Positions 10,846 through 21,082 are shown, counted from the first letter of the stretch. The stretch is 64,000 nucleotides of DNA from Gemmatimonadales bacterium (GCA_024278175.1 JAJRTS010000003.1:6679-70678); one strand, 5' to 3'. Numbers and translations: made by a program. Notes: a model not told the origin generated them from the letters alone.

Positions 10846-12423
10846 CTACCGGGTAATATAGCGCCGGATACTGCGACCATCGCGCTCGATGTAGAGCACA
10901 GCGCCCCGGCTGCGCTGGAAACGCTCCAGCAGCGTAACGGCCTGCTGCGCCGATGTGATCGGAATGTCGTTGATCCGGTAGAGGATATCGTAGCGCAGCA
11001 GACGGCCCTGGCGCTCCAGCGCGCTGTCGTCTATCTCCACCACCACCGCGCCGGCGGTGGAACGCGCCTCGAGCTGACTGCGCACCTCGCGGGTCAGGTC
11101 CACCAGCGAGAAGCCCATGCCCGTATCGTGTCGCTCCATTTTTTCGGTGGGCAGTTCCGCGGGCGTGATCGTTACCGTAAACTCGGAGCCGGGACGGCGC
11201 AGACCCAGCCGCACCGGGGAATCGACCCTGATGTCCAGTTGTTCACCGGTCCAGTCGTCGAGCGAGCGCAACACCTTGCCGTTTATAGAGGTTATCACGT
11301 CGCCGGACTGAATGCCGCCGCTGGTCTCGGCCGGAGAGAAATCCTGAATGTGGGCGACTACCACGCCGCCGATACGCTCGCCGGAGCCGAAACCCAGGCC
11401 GGAGAGCAGGTCGGGGGTGAGTTGCTGCACCTTGAGGCCAAGCCAGGGATGACGCACCTTGCCGCCACGGATCAGGTCCTCGGCGATCCGCACCGCGCGG
11501 TTGATCGGGATGGCGAACCCCATGCCAACGCTGCCGCCGCTGGGAGAGAAGATAAACGTGTTGATCCCGATCACCTCGCCCAGGGCGTTGGCCAGCGGTC
11601 CACCGCTGTTGCCGGGGTTGATCGCGGCGTCGGTCTGGATCATGTTGGCGTAAACCTGGCCGCTCTTGTTACGCTCGCGGACAATGTCGCGGCCGATAGC
11701 GGAGATCACGCCGACAGTCACCGTGGGCTGGGGGTCGTCAAGCAGCAGGCCGAACGGCGAGCCGATCGCGATCACCCATTCGCCCAGCAGCAGGTCGTCG
11801 CTGTCGCCAAGCCGGACGGCGGGCAACTTGTCCCGGCCCGGGTCGATCTTGAGCAGGGCCACGTCGGAGTTGCCGTCCAGGCCGACTATCTCCGCCTCGT
11901 ACTCGGTCCCGTCGCTGGTACTCACCGTGATCTGCGTCCCGTCGTGAACCACGTGGTCGTTAGTCAGGATATAGCCGCGGGAGTTGATGACGAACCCGGA
12001 GCCGATATTCTGCACGGTGCGCTGCCGGGGGATATAGAAGTTGCCGAACCAGTCGCGGTAGGCGGTGCGGACAACCTCGGTCTGCTTCACGTTGACACTC
12101 ACCACCGAGGCGGCCACCTGCTCGCTGGCGGTTACTATCGCGTTGCGGCGGCCCCTGGTCAGGTCCTGCCCGATACTGTCCAGCCCATCGCCCCCCGGGG
12201 GCATGGCAGGATCGGTCCGCGCCCACAGCGCACCGGAATTTTTTACAGATTGCCATGCCGGTTTTTTTACCGGGGGGGCAGGTGCTTCCACGCTGGAGCC
12301 GGAGTCCGCACTGGCTGTAATTCCGGCAGCCGGGCGGCCTGCTGACTCGCGCCTGCCAAAATAAAGTAACGCCACGGATATCAATGCAATAGCCAGTGTT
12401 ATTTTAAACAGTACTTTAAGCAT
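10846..12423 (-). CDS. HtrA/DegP-family serine protease with two PDZ domains
   Basis: GSGFVI...LTNDHVV, DVALLKI, IQTDAAINPGNSGGPL; N-terminal membrane anchor; C-terminal PDZ repeats. Confidence 0.93.
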   Translation of the reverse strand: MLKVLFKITLAIALISVALLYFGRRESAGRPAAGITASADSGSSVEAPAPPVKKPAWQSVKNSGALWARTDPAMPPGGDGLDSIGQDLTRGRRNAIVTASEQVAASVVSVNVKQTEVVRTAYRDWFGNFYIPRQRTVQNIGSGFVINSRGYILTNDHVVHDGTQITVSTSDGTEYEAEIVGLDGNSDVALLKIDPGRDKLPAVRLGDSDDLLLGEWVIAIGSPFGLLLDDPQPTVTVGVISAIGRDIVRERNKSGQVYANMIQTDAAINPGNSGGPLANALGEVIGINTFIFSPSGGSVGMGFAIPINRAVRIAEDLIRGGKVRHPWLGLKVQQLTPDLLSGLGFGSGERIGGVVVAHIQDFSPAETSGGIQSGDVITSINGKVLRSLDDWTGEQLDIRVDSPVRLGLRRPGSEFTVTITPAELPTEKMERHDTGMGFSLVDLTREVRSQLEARSTAGAVVVEIDDSALERQGRLLRYDILYRINDIPITSAQQAVTLLERFQRSRGAVLYIERDGRSIRRYITR

Positions 12424-12458
12424 CGCACGTTCCCCTCACGTCTGTTCCGCCGCCTGGT

Positions 12459-13271
12459 TTAAACCGCTGTTGTCTCGTAGTGTACCTTAATCATGGTTAA
12501 TCCACATGCCGGAGCGGGCACGGCACTTTTCCAGCGTCCCGGTTGCTCCAGCGCCCGGCCGAACTCGCTAAGCGGCGTCCTGCCATCGGCCACGGCCAGC
12601 ATTGCCCCGCAGAGCATCCGCACCATCGAACGCAGGAACCTGTCACCCTTTACCTCAAAATATAACGTGCCGTTGCCGGTAGTCCAATGGGCATCGAAAA
12701 TAGTGCAGAGGTGGTTATCCCGGTGGCCTTCCTGCTTGCTGAACGTAAAAAAATCGTGGCATCCGCGGACCAGCGCGCAGCAGCTCTCCAGCAGGGCCGG
12801 CTCCACGTCAGTCTTGCGCAGCCAGTGTGTGCGCATCAGCAAGGGAGCTTCGGGGAGGCCCGGCCCGGCGATACTGTAGCGGTAGATCTTCCACACCGCG
12901 CCGTAGCGGGCGTGGAAGTCGGGATCGGCCACTCGCACGTCCCCGACCCTGATCGAGCGGGGCAGCAGGGCGTTAAGCGCGCGCTCAAACTGCTCCGGCT
13001 CCAACCGGCCTGCCGTGTCGAAATGCGCCACCTGCCCGCTAGCGTGCACACCGGCGTCCGTGCGGCCCGCGCCGATGACCCTTATTTGCTCCCCGGTGAT
13101 CCGCCGCAGCGCTTGCTCCAGCTCCCCCTGGACCGTGGGCACGGCAGGCTGCAACTGCCAACCGGCATAGTCGGTCCCATCGTAAGAGACTCTCATCCGC
13201 AGCCGCCGGCTTGTTTGGTTTTGTTCCGCCGGGGTTTTTTGCTGGTTTTTTGGAGAAGTGCTGTCGATCAT
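12459..13271 (-). CDS. truA: tRNA pseudouridine(38-40) synthase
   Basis: YDGTDYAGWQ, AGRTDAGVHASGQVAHF, FHARY, FLRSMVRM, APACGL. Confidence 0.96.
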   Translation of the reverse strand: MIDSTSPKNQQKTPAEQNQTSRRLRMRVSYDGTDYAGWQLQPAVPTVQGELEQALRRITGEQIRVIGAGRTDAGVHASGQVAHFDTAGRLEPEQFERALNALLPRSIRVGDVRVADPDFHARYGAVWKIYRYSIAGPGLPEAPLLMRTHWLRKTDVEPALLESCCALVRGCHDFFTFSKQEGHRDNHLCTIFDAHWTTGNGTLYFEVKGDRFLRSMVRMLCGAMLAVADGRTPLSEFGRALEQPGRWKSAVPAPACGLTMIKVHYETTAV

Positions 13272-13297
13272 CGAGTTATCAGGCTCAGGTAGAAATT

Positions 13298-14095
13298 TTA
13301 CAGATAAACGCTGGTCAGAATAACTGTAAGGGAAACCGTACAGAACAGCCAGTCTGCGCTCGAGAAAGGTTTGCCGCCCGGGTGCGCCGGAGGACGGAAC
13401 GGGTTGTAGCCCCGGGCCATCAGGCTCAGGCTGAGCAATTCCGCCTCGTGCAGGGTGTAGTGCATGTAGCAGACCATCGTATCGATCACCGAGCGGAGAT
13501 TGCGGCCGAACCTTGCCGCGTATCCGTTTCCGGCATCGGCGAGCTTGCCCTGGCGGCGGAAATTATCGAACAGCTCGCGCATACGCTCCAGGGCCGGGGG
13601 AAACGTACGCAGCACCAGGCCCACAGTGAAACCCAGTTCGCCCACCGGCACCTTAAGCCTCTCCAGCGGTCGCAGCGCTCTGGTCAGCGAATCCACAACC
13701 TCCATTGGAGGGGTACTGAAATAAAGCCACAGCGCGGTGGCCACCAGCACCGCCAGTTTGCCGCACAACATCATGCTCTCGGCCAGCACCCGGGGCAGCC
13801 CCTGCGGGGAAAGTCCGCCGCCAAGGGAATATTCCGCCCACAGATAGTAAACAACGACAAGCAGGAACACGGACCACAAGCGTTTAAGCCTGCCCAGCAC
13901 CTTGACGGCACAGGGTCCCGCCAGGGCCAGGCAACCCAGGCAGAGCAGGACGTTCAGCCCCAGGCCGATAAGTGTATCCACACTCCAGAGAGCCACGCTG
14001 AGCACTGTCAGCACGGCCACCTTGGCCCGCGCATCGATACCGTGGGCGATACTGCCGTTTACCGCACGTTGCGAAAACCGGGAATAGCGTGACAA
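13298..14095 (-). CDS. ecfT: Energy-coupling factor transporter transmembrane component (EcfT/CbiQ family)
   Basis: HGIDARAK N-terminus, STPPMEV...LRPLERLKVPV...LRTFP, C-terminal MARGY motif; multiple TM segments; upstream of truA. Confidence 0.8.
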   Translation of the reverse strand: MSRYSRFSQRAVNGSIAHGIDARAKVAVLTVLSVALWSVDTLIGLGLNVLLCLGCLALAGPCAVKVLGRLKRLWSVFLLVVVYYLWAEYSLGGGLSPQGLPRVLAESMMLCGKLAVLVATALWLYFSTPPMEVVDSLTRALRPLERLKVPVGELGFTVGLVLRTFPPALERMRELFDNFRRQGKLADAGNGYAARFGRNLRSVIDTMVCYMHYTLHEAELLSLSLMARGYNPFRPPAHPGGKPFSSADWLFCTVSLTVILTSVYL

Positions 14096-14297
14096 TCGAT
14101 ATTCCTCCGCTGATAAAGGTGGGGTTTAAGATAATCCCTTACATGGCTACACTGCAACATTCGGTGTAAAAAGCGGGCCTGACGGATTGACCGGTTTGCC
14201 GGAAGCGGCTATATTGACCAACGCAAGTTATTCTCCGGTGGGGATATAATGGATTAAACGTCAGATTGTAATATAATTCAGGGAGCGGGAAAGGGCG

Positions 14298-16886
14298 ATG
14301 AGTTCAGTGAACGGGTCTCAGTTAAAACCACACGTGGAAACGTCAGCGGAAAAAACACGGCTCGACACGCTGGCGCGGCGGGCAAACCGGGCACTGAGTG
14401 AGGGGAAAGGGATCGAAGATGTTCTCGAACCGGCTCAGATCGAGCGCCTGCGCACAAGATACAGCACATTCGAGGACAAGCGGGATGAACAGGGATTTCT
14501 CAGCGGTGGATGCCATCAGGTGCACAAAGTGGCCACACCCCGACCGTTCATGCACCTGCTGAGCAGTTGCCACAGCCGCGAGCACGGCTCGTTCGGCTCG
14601 TTCTGGGATGTGAGCGGTTCGGGTTTCTGTTGCCTGGACACGGTGCTGGCCGGGCCGGTCACCTCGCACAAGGACCCCAGTTACGTACCCACTGCTCCCT
14701 GCGCCAGTGACCACCGTCATTTTTACATCCGCGAGGAAACGGCCGCCGGCGTGGCGGTCCATCATCTTTTTCCCCAGCGCGGAGTGGATGAGCAGCGCTA
14801 CGATTCGTTTTCCTGCGCCCAGGGCCTGGGCACGGTCAGGATCGAAGCCGGGCGCGACGGGCTGGACGCCGCCCTGCTGGCGTTCGTCCCGGTTGAGCAG
14901 CCCCTGGAAGTCTGGCGGCTGAGCGTGACCAACAAATCGGGCCGACGGCGCGTGATCGATCTGTTCAGTTGGATCAACTGGGGGCTGGAGTCGTATCCCG
15001 GCTACTATTTCGATCCGCGGGTGGTCAGCGAGGGCCGCGTCTTTGAGGAACTTAACGCGCTGGTGGCGCTCAATAACGATCAGAACAACAAGCATCCCCG
15101 CACGGGCTTTTTCATGAGCAGCGGGCGGTTCGAGGATTTTGACCTCGCGGCCGAAGAGTTTACGGGCGGGGCCAGGTTCCGCGCTTTCCCCGCCGCGGTT
15201 GAAAACGGAAAATGTACAGGCAGCCCGGGGGTGCAACCCTACCAGGGCCTGATAGCGGCCGCCCGCTGGAGGCTGGAACTGGACCCCGGTCAGGCGGTGG
15301 AACTGGATTTCCTGCTGGGAGTTACCGACCCCGATCCCGAAAAGGGCCGGGCGGATCTTGCAAGCCTGCGCTCGCATTTTTTTGCCGATGGCGGTATCGA
15401 CAAGGAACTGCGGCGTCTTAAGCTGCGCTGGCAGGCGATGGTGAGCGCCCACGTGAGCGCAACGGGCGACGATGAGTTCGACCGTTTTTTCAATGTCTGG
15501 TCCAAGTACCAGGCGCTGAACTCATCGCGCTGGATCAGGGCGCTGGACAAGGTGGGCTACCGTGACCTGCTGCAGGACCTGATGGGGATCAACTCGTTCG
15601 ATCCCGCTTATACGCGCACGATGTTGCCCGCGGCTCTTCGTTACCAGCTTCCCGACGGGCGCGCCGTGCGTCAGTTCGCCAAGTTCGAGGGCGCACCGCA
15701 CGATGAGCGGATGTACATGGACAGCACGAGCTGGATCCCGGACACCCTGGTGAGTTACATTCAGGAAACCGGCGATATGGCCTTGCTCCGGCAGCAGGAG
15801 GGTTTTCTCGATCTGGCGACAGGCAGGGTGGAAGGGAATGCGAGCGTTTACGAGCACGCGTTGCGAGGATTGCGTACGCTGGATGAGAATCGCGGGCTGC
15901 ACGACCTGTGCCGGATCGGCTACGGCGACTGGAACGATTCGCTCGACGGGGTGGGCCGCGACGGCGAGGGCGTGAGTGTCTGGCTGTCGATGGCGCTGGT
16001 GTACGCGGCCCGCAGGATGCGCGAGCTGACAGTGCGGCTCCGGGACACGCAGAACACGGCCCTGATGGACCGGATAATCACGGAGTTGACCGAAGCGATC
16101 AACTCCTCGGCCTGGGACGGCGCTCATTATGTTTACGCGTTCATGTCGGACGGTACGCCGGTGGGCTCACGGAGCAACGGCGAGGGCCGGATTCATCTGA
16201 ACGTCAACTCGTGGTCGCTCTTTAGCGGTGTAGCCGCCTCCGCCGGACGTGAAAGCCAGGTGCTGAAATCAATCGAGCGCCTTCGCACCCGGCTGGGCTA
16301 CCTGCTGGTGGCTCCCGGCTATACCCCGCGCAGCAAGGACGTGGGCCGGATCGCCGATATCCGCACCGGGCAGTTCGAAAACGGATCGATCTATACCCAC
16401 GGGCAGAGTTTCATGATCTACGCCCTGGCCGGCCTGGGCAAGGGCGATGAGGCTTTCGACGCGTTCAAGGCCGTGCTGCCCGACAACACGCTGCCGGACA
16501 TCAGCACGGGGCCGCCGCACCAGCTCTCAAATTTCACGGTCGGGATCGAGCACGAACATTTCGGCCGCAACCTTTACAGCAATTTCAGCGGCGCACTGTC
16601 GTGGCTGCGCAAGAGCGCCGAGAGAATGCTGGGGCTGCTGCCGGATTTTGACCGGCTGGTGATCGATCCGTGCATTCCGTCGCGTTGGCCGCAGTACCGT
16701 GTGCGCAAAGTGTGGCGTGGGCGCAACGTGCTGATGCACGTGCACAATCCCGAGTCGCGCTGCACGGGTGTGGTCGCCGCCAGCCTTGACGGGGAGGCGC
16801 TGCCCGTCGTTGATGGGAAAAGCCAGGTTGAGCTTGATAAATTGCCCGGGAACGGCGAAGTTAATATCGAGGTTGTACTCGGTTGA
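14298..16886 (+). CDS. GH94-family glycoside phosphorylase (cellobiose phosphorylase-like)
   Basis: GYRDLLQD, catalytic GDWNDSL, GVSVWLSM, ENGSIYTHG, IDPCIPSRW; 862 aa. Confidence 0.85.
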   Translation: MSSVNGSQLKPHVETSAEKTRLDTLARRANRALSEGKGIEDVLEPAQIERLRTRYSTFEDKRDEQGFLSGGCHQVHKVATPRPFMHLLSSCHSREHGSFGSFWDVSGSGFCCLDTVLAGPVTSHKDPSYVPTAPCASDHRHFYIREETAAGVAVHHLFPQRGVDEQRYDSFSCAQGLGTVRIEAGRDGLDAALLAFVPVEQPLEVWRLSVTNKSGRRRVIDLFSWINWGLESYPGYYFDPRVVSEGRVFEELNALVALNNDQNNKHPRTGFFMSSGRFEDFDLAAEEFTGGARFRAFPAAVENGKCTGSPGVQPYQGLIAAARWRLELDPGQAVELDFLLGVTDPDPEKGRADLASLRSHFFADGGIDKELRRLKLRWQAMVSAHVSATGDDEFDRFFNVWSKYQALNSSRWIRALDKVGYRDLLQDLMGINSFDPAYTRTMLPAALRYQLPDGRAVRQFAKFEGAPHDERMYMDSTSWIPDTLVSYIQETGDMALLRQQEGFLDLATGRVEGNASVYEHALRGLRTLDENRGLHDLCRIGYGDWNDSLDGVGRDGEGVSVWLSMALVYAARRMRELTVRLRDTQNTALMDRIITELTEAINSSAWDGAHYVYAFMSDGTPVGSRSNGEGRIHLNVNSWSLFSGVAASAGRESQVLKSIERLRTRLGYLLVAPGYTPRSKDVGRIADIRTGQFENGSIYTHGQSFMIYALAGLGKGDEAFDAFKAVLPDNTLPDISTGPPHQLSNFTVGIEHEHFGRNLYSNFSGALSWLRKSAERMLGLLPDFDRLVIDPCIPSRWPQYRVRKVWRGRNVLMHVHNPESRCTGVVAASLDGEALPVVDGKSQVELDKLPGNGEVNIEVVLG

Positions 16887-16921
16887 TTTGCAACGTACCG
16901 GCATTGGCCTGAGGAGCTATA

Positions 16922-18022
16922 ATGGTGAACCGGGGAAAAATATTGGCCCCGCGGCGTGAGACCGTCACAGTCAGGGCGGGCAGGCTCGCTATCGGTTCCG
17001 GCCATCCGGTGGTGGTCCAGTCGATGACCAACACGGACAGCAGGGACCCGCGGGCCACGTTGCGCCAGATCGGGCAACTGGCGGCCGCCGGTTGCGAGCT
17101 GGTGCGGGTGGCCGTGCCGGACAAGGAGGCAGCCGGCCGCTTGCGGGAGCTGGTGGACAACTCGCCGCTGCCGCTGGTGGCTGATATCCATTTCAATCAC
17201 CGGCTGGCCCTGGCGGCGCTGGAAGCGGGTATCGCCAAGCTGAGGATCAACCCCGGCAACATCGGCGGCGCGGACAAGGTGAAAGAGCTGGCCCGCGAGG
17301 CCTCGGCCTGCGGAGTGCCGATCAGGATCGGGGTCAACTCCGGCTCGTTGGAAAAAGAGCTGCTGGAACGCCACGGCGGCCCCACTGCCGTGGCGCTGGC
17401 GGCCAGCGCCCTGGGCCATTGTAAGCTGCTGGAGGACGGGGGGTTCGGGGAGATAGTGGTCTCGATCAAGGCCAGCGATGTGCCTACCACGGTGCGGGCC
17501 AACCGCGAGTTCGCCGCGCTGCGAAATTACCCGATTCACCTGGGCGTTACCGAGGCCGGCACTCTGATTCGCGGCACCGTGAACAGCGCGGCGGGGATCG
17601 GGATCATGCTGGCCGAGGGGATCGGCGACACGTTGCGGGTGAGCCTGACCGCCGACCCGGTGGAGGAGATTTCCGTGGCCTGGAAGATCCTGGCCGCTCT
17701 GGGCATCAGACGCAGGGGAGCCGAGGTTATTTCCTGCCCGACCTGCGGCCGCACGGAAGTGAAACTGATCGCTCTGGCCGAGCGGGTCGAGCGGCTTCTT
17801 CGCTCCGTGGAGCAGCCGATGACTATCGCCGTGATGGGCTGCGTGGTCAACGGCCCCGGCGAGGCCAGGGAGGCTGATTTCGGGATCGCCGGGGGCAGGG
17901 GCAACGGCTTGTTGTTCCGTGGCGGCGAGCAGGTGAGCCGGGTTCCGGAGAGTGAGCTGGTGGAGGAACTGCTGCGGCTGATCGAACGGGAAACCGGCGT
18001 GGTTATCCCCCGCCGGGAGTAA
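16922..18022 (+). CDS. ispG: (E)-4-hydroxy-3-methylbut-2-enyl-diphosphate synthase
   Basis: VQSMTNT, PLVADIHF, RINPGNIG, IRIGVNSGSL, HLGVTEAG, CPTCGR...MGCVVNGPGEA. Confidence 0.98.
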   Translation: MVNRGKILAPRRETVTVRAGRLAIGSGHPVVVQSMTNTDSRDPRATLRQIGQLAAAGCELVRVAVPDKEAAGRLRELVDNSPLPLVADIHFNHRLALAALEAGIAKLRINPGNIGGADKVKELAREASACGVPIRIGVNSGSLEKELLERHGGPTAVALAASALGHCKLLEDGGFGEIVVSIKASDVPTTVRANREFAALRNYPIHLGVTEAGTLIRGTVNSAAGIGIMLAEGIGDTLRVSLTADPVEEISVAWKILAALGIRRRGAEVISCPTCGRTEVKLIALAERVERLLRSVEQPMTIAVMGCVVNGPGEAREADFGIAGGRGNGLLFRGGEQVSRVPESELVEELLRLIERETGVVIPRRE

Positions 18023-18128
18023 GAAGCTGCTGTTGTGGGCCGGGTAAATCACTTGCCAGCCGGGCCGTAATTTGTTATCTATACCTTTCCTTGCCACTGA
18101 GAGATATTTTGCTTCTTTTGCCTTTTTT

Positions 18129-18203
18129 GCCCCTGTAGCTCAGTGGATAGAGCATCGGATTCCGGTTCCGGGTGCGCTGGTTCGATTCCAGTCAGGGGTA
18201 CCA
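18129..18203 (+). tRNA. tRNA-Arg (anticodon CCG)
   Basis: Cloverleaf GCCCCTG-TA-GCTC-AGTGGATA-GAGC-A-TCGGA-TT[CCG]GT-TCCGG-GTGC-GCTGG-TTCGATT-CCAGT-CAGGGGT-A-CCA, with encoded CCA. Confidence 0.96.
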
Positions 18204-18208
18204 TAAGC

Positions 18209-18257
18209 AAAGCGCCGCGAGGCCTTGATATTAAAGGGTTCGCGGCGCTTTTGTTTT
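18209..18257 (+). terminator. Hairpin with U-tail immediately after tRNA-Arg
   Basis: aaagcgccgcga...tcgcggcgcttt arms enclosing ccttgatattaaagg, followed by a T-rich tract. Confidence 0.7.
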
Positions 18258-21080
18258 GTCTGATATTTATAGCAAAATCGGATCAGACCCAGAAAATCAT
18301 TGATGCTCACGATGAGAACGGATAATTTATAGCAGAGATAATGGGAATCTCTTGATGCAAGCTGAAAAAAAATGAAAGTTTTAGCTCCGAATCGATAAAG
18401 AAAGCCGTCTCCTTTAATCTGAGAAAAATCGAGCATGATCAAGTATAGTTCTTTCCGGCAGTCATGGCTGCAATTAGCAAGTGTGTCAGCAGTGTTTGCA
18501 ATGAGTGGTTTTGTTTTTTCCATGACCGAAGTAGCCATGCGGATGGAGCGCATTACAACATATGACTTCCTGCTTCCGATCTATGTAGTCAAGGTTACGC
18601 TGGTATTCTATATATTAGGGTGTATGTGCTTTATTGCCGTAAAGGCTATTTATAAAATCAGGCCTTTGAACAATGGAATATCACTGGAGCTATTAGTCAT
18701 AGCTACCTTGGTGTTTGTGGTTATCACATATTTCTTCAATGTATCCGGGCATCATAACTACATTAAAGAGGAATATGGAAACTCCGGATCCATTGTGGAT
18801 AATATTATTGTTCAAGCTGCTATAGTGCTATTCAGCATAGTGGTATATTGTGTACTGAGCTTATTAAAAGGCAAGCGAATCATGGCAGGAATATTTGTGC
18901 TGTGGATTTGCTTGGCAATTTTGTTGAGCTATCTGGATACAGAATATTTGGGCGGTGGTTTAGGAAAAGCGTATGAATCGACATCAAAGGCCCAAATAGG
19001 ACTTCTTTTTTATCTGGTAGCCGTCCATTCCATTGTTTTGATCTGTATCGGAAAATGGATGCTCAATGATTTTGAGTTGGCGGGTTTTCTGACTTATTTG
19101 GTAATAGCTGTCTTTCAGGCTAACCTTCCGATACCGATAATCGTTTTCTGTTACGGCATGCTCGGTATGTGGTTTGTTGTCCGTCAACGAAGGAAAAAAG
19201 TCAAAAAGAACATCCATGTAGTGGTAGGGCTGATTTTTATTATCGGATTGGGACTGACGCATAAATACTTATTCGGCGACGTGTTTCAGTACAGAGTTCT
19301 TTTTGCCGATGCAAGCAACGATTTGGTCGGCAGCACTTGGTGGCTTCAAGCTTTTTTGGCACCAGCGGTGAAATTGTCAGTTTTGTTAATTGTCTTAAAA
19401 ATAGCATTTCCTAAATACAACGGTACGGATTACGGAAAATGTTATTTCAGTGCAAAAGAAATATGCGTACCGGTATTTGCAGCAGTTTTTTTGTTCGCAA
19501 TTTCCTCACAGATTGTTTTTGGAAATAAAGGTTGGTTAGGTTCGCTGACAAGTGTGAGCAATAACTATTTACCGGCTAACACGCCTAATATAATCCTTAT
19601 TACCTGGGATACTGTCCGGCAGGACCATCTCTCAGTTTACGGTTATTCCCGAAAAACCACGCCTAATCTGGAAAAATTTGCTGAAAAAGCTTGCCTTTAC
19701 CGGAATTTTTATGCAGCCACCGGTCTGACCCTTCCAAGCCATGCTTCTGCTTTTACTGGAATGCTTCCTTATATCCACGGCGTTCAAGACCATCGGACCA
19801 AATTCAGGTTATCTTCTCAAAACCAAACTTTAGCGGAAGTCTTGCGGGAAAAAGGATTCGTTACCGCGGCGATCTCCGCTCACCCTTCAATTCACAGTGC
19901 AAATCTGACGGAAGGGTTCGGTTTCGTATTGGATGGAAAAACTAATACAGACCTCTATATGTTAGAAAGTTTAATATTTTGCCCTCAAAACAATCGGTTA
20001 AAAAGTTTGCTTGAAAAACTGCCTTGGTATAAGTCCAACTGGCATTTATTTCCTGCCAATGCGGAACAGGTTACGCGCAAAACTTCCAGTTGGCTGGATA
20101 TGAACAACAGGAAAGCGTTTTTCCTTTTTATTAACTATCTGGATGCACATGCTCCTTACACTCCTGCCGGAAAATATGTCGATTATTACGATAACAAAAC
20201 AATCGATATCAAATACAACGAATATCCGAATGATGTGAAAGAGTCCATTAATAATTATGATGCTGAAATAACTTACCTGGACCATCATCAGGGTCGGCTA
20301 TTGCAAAAACTCAAGCAATTGGGCCTGTACGATAACTCGTTGATTATAATTCAAGGCGACCACGGGGAAGCGTTCGGTGAGCACGATTTTTTCCAGCATG
20401 GGCCTTTTCTGTATAATGAAGTGTTACACGTTCCCATGTTGATTAAATACCCGCGGCAAGACACGGCTGGCATTTGTGACAGACTGGCATCCCACCCCGA
20501 TATTTTCCCTACCGTGCTTGCAACATTGGGGTATGAGATTTCCGATAAGATTCAGGGTAAGTCATTGTATTCCATCGATCCTCATCGGTCGATCATTAAT
20601 GAAGGATATTTGATGGATGAAAATGGCAGATCGAAGGCAAGAAGAAGCTTGATCAAATATCCTTTCAAAATGATGGCGGAACCGGACGGCTCTCTTAAAC
20701 TATACAACTTTGCAGATGATCGTGACGAGTTGAATGATTTGTCTGTCGAAAAAAGAAATATTGCTTTGGAAATGAACGACAGCTTGCGCAAGATACTGAA
20801 TGACATCGATTCTTTGAAAATAACTCCAATAATAGGCGCTTGGAACTTATCGGACCAGGTGGTTGAGCAGTTGAAAGCTCTTGGATATGTAAAATGAAAA
20901 ATAAGTAGAAATAATCCTGCTGTGAAGAAGTTGTTGCACCAACTGCCGATTGTATACTCCCGAAAGCTCAAAGAGGTTTTTCTTATCCGAAAAAGTAATG
21001 CTATCAAAGTGATAAAATCTTATCGAAATTGTCGCCGCAAAAACAAACATTAGCTATACTCCAAATGTATCACCCGTAAA
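18258..21080. mobile_element. AT-rich putative horizontally acquired islet next to tRNA-Arg (no integrase)
   Basis: Abrupt compositional shift: by hand count line 18841 is 23/60 G+C versus 44/60 for line 17101 in ispG. One cargo gene; tRNA-adjacent. Boundaries are approximate. Confidence 0.6.
18435..20897 (+). CDS. Polytopic membrane protein with C-terminal sulfatase-like (alkaline phosphatase superfamily) domain
   Basis: About 10 hydrophobic segments, then PNIILITWDTVRQDHLSVYGY, TLPSHASAFTG, NYLDAHAPY, YDAEITYLD, GDHGEAFGEH, LHVPMLIKYP, and the ending EQLKALGYVK. Confidence 0.85.
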   Translation: MIKYSSFRQSWLQLASVSAVFAMSGFVFSMTEVAMRMERITTYDFLLPIYVVKVTLVFYILGCMCFIAVKAIYKIRPLNNGISLELLVIATLVFVVITYFFNVSGHHNYIKEEYGNSGSIVDNIIVQAAIVLFSIVVYCVLSLLKGKRIMAGIFVLWICLAILLSYLDTEYLGGGLGKAYESTSKAQIGLLFYLVAVHSIVLICIGKWMLNDFELAGFLTYLVIAVFQANLPIPIIVFCYGMLGMWFVVRQRRKKVKKNIHVVVGLIFIIGLGLTHKYLFGDVFQYRVLFADASNDLVGSTWWLQAFLAPAVKLSVLLIVLKIAFPKYNGTDYGKCYFSAKEICVPVFAAVFLFAISSQIVFGNKGWLGSLTSVSNNYLPANTPNIILITWDTVRQDHLSVYGYSRKTTPNLEKFAEKACLYRNFYAATGLTLPSHASAFTGMLPYIHGVQDHRTKFRLSSQNQTLAEVLREKGFVTAAISAHPSIHSANLTEGFGFVLDGKTNTDLYMLESLIFCPQNNRLKSLLEKLPWYKSNWHLFPANAEQVTRKTSSWLDMNNRKAFFLFINYLDAHAPYTPAGKYVDYYDNKTIDIKYNEYPNDVKESINNYDAEITYLDHHQGRLLQKLKQLGLYDNSLIIIQGDHGEAFGEHDFFQHGPFLYNEVLHVPMLIKYPRQDTAGICDRLASHPDIFPTVLATLGYEISDKIQGKSLYSIDPHRSIINEGYLMDENGRSKARRSLIKYPFKMMAEPDGSLKLYNFADDRDELNDLSVEKRNIALEMNDSLRKILNDIDSLKITPIIGAWNLSDQVVEQLKALGYVK

Positions 21081-21082
21081 CC

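Noticed and set aside
18140-18553. ORFs overlapping the tRNA (18140-18553 minus, 18143-18325 plus)
   Set aside because: They are translations of tRNA and terminator sequence, not credible proteins.
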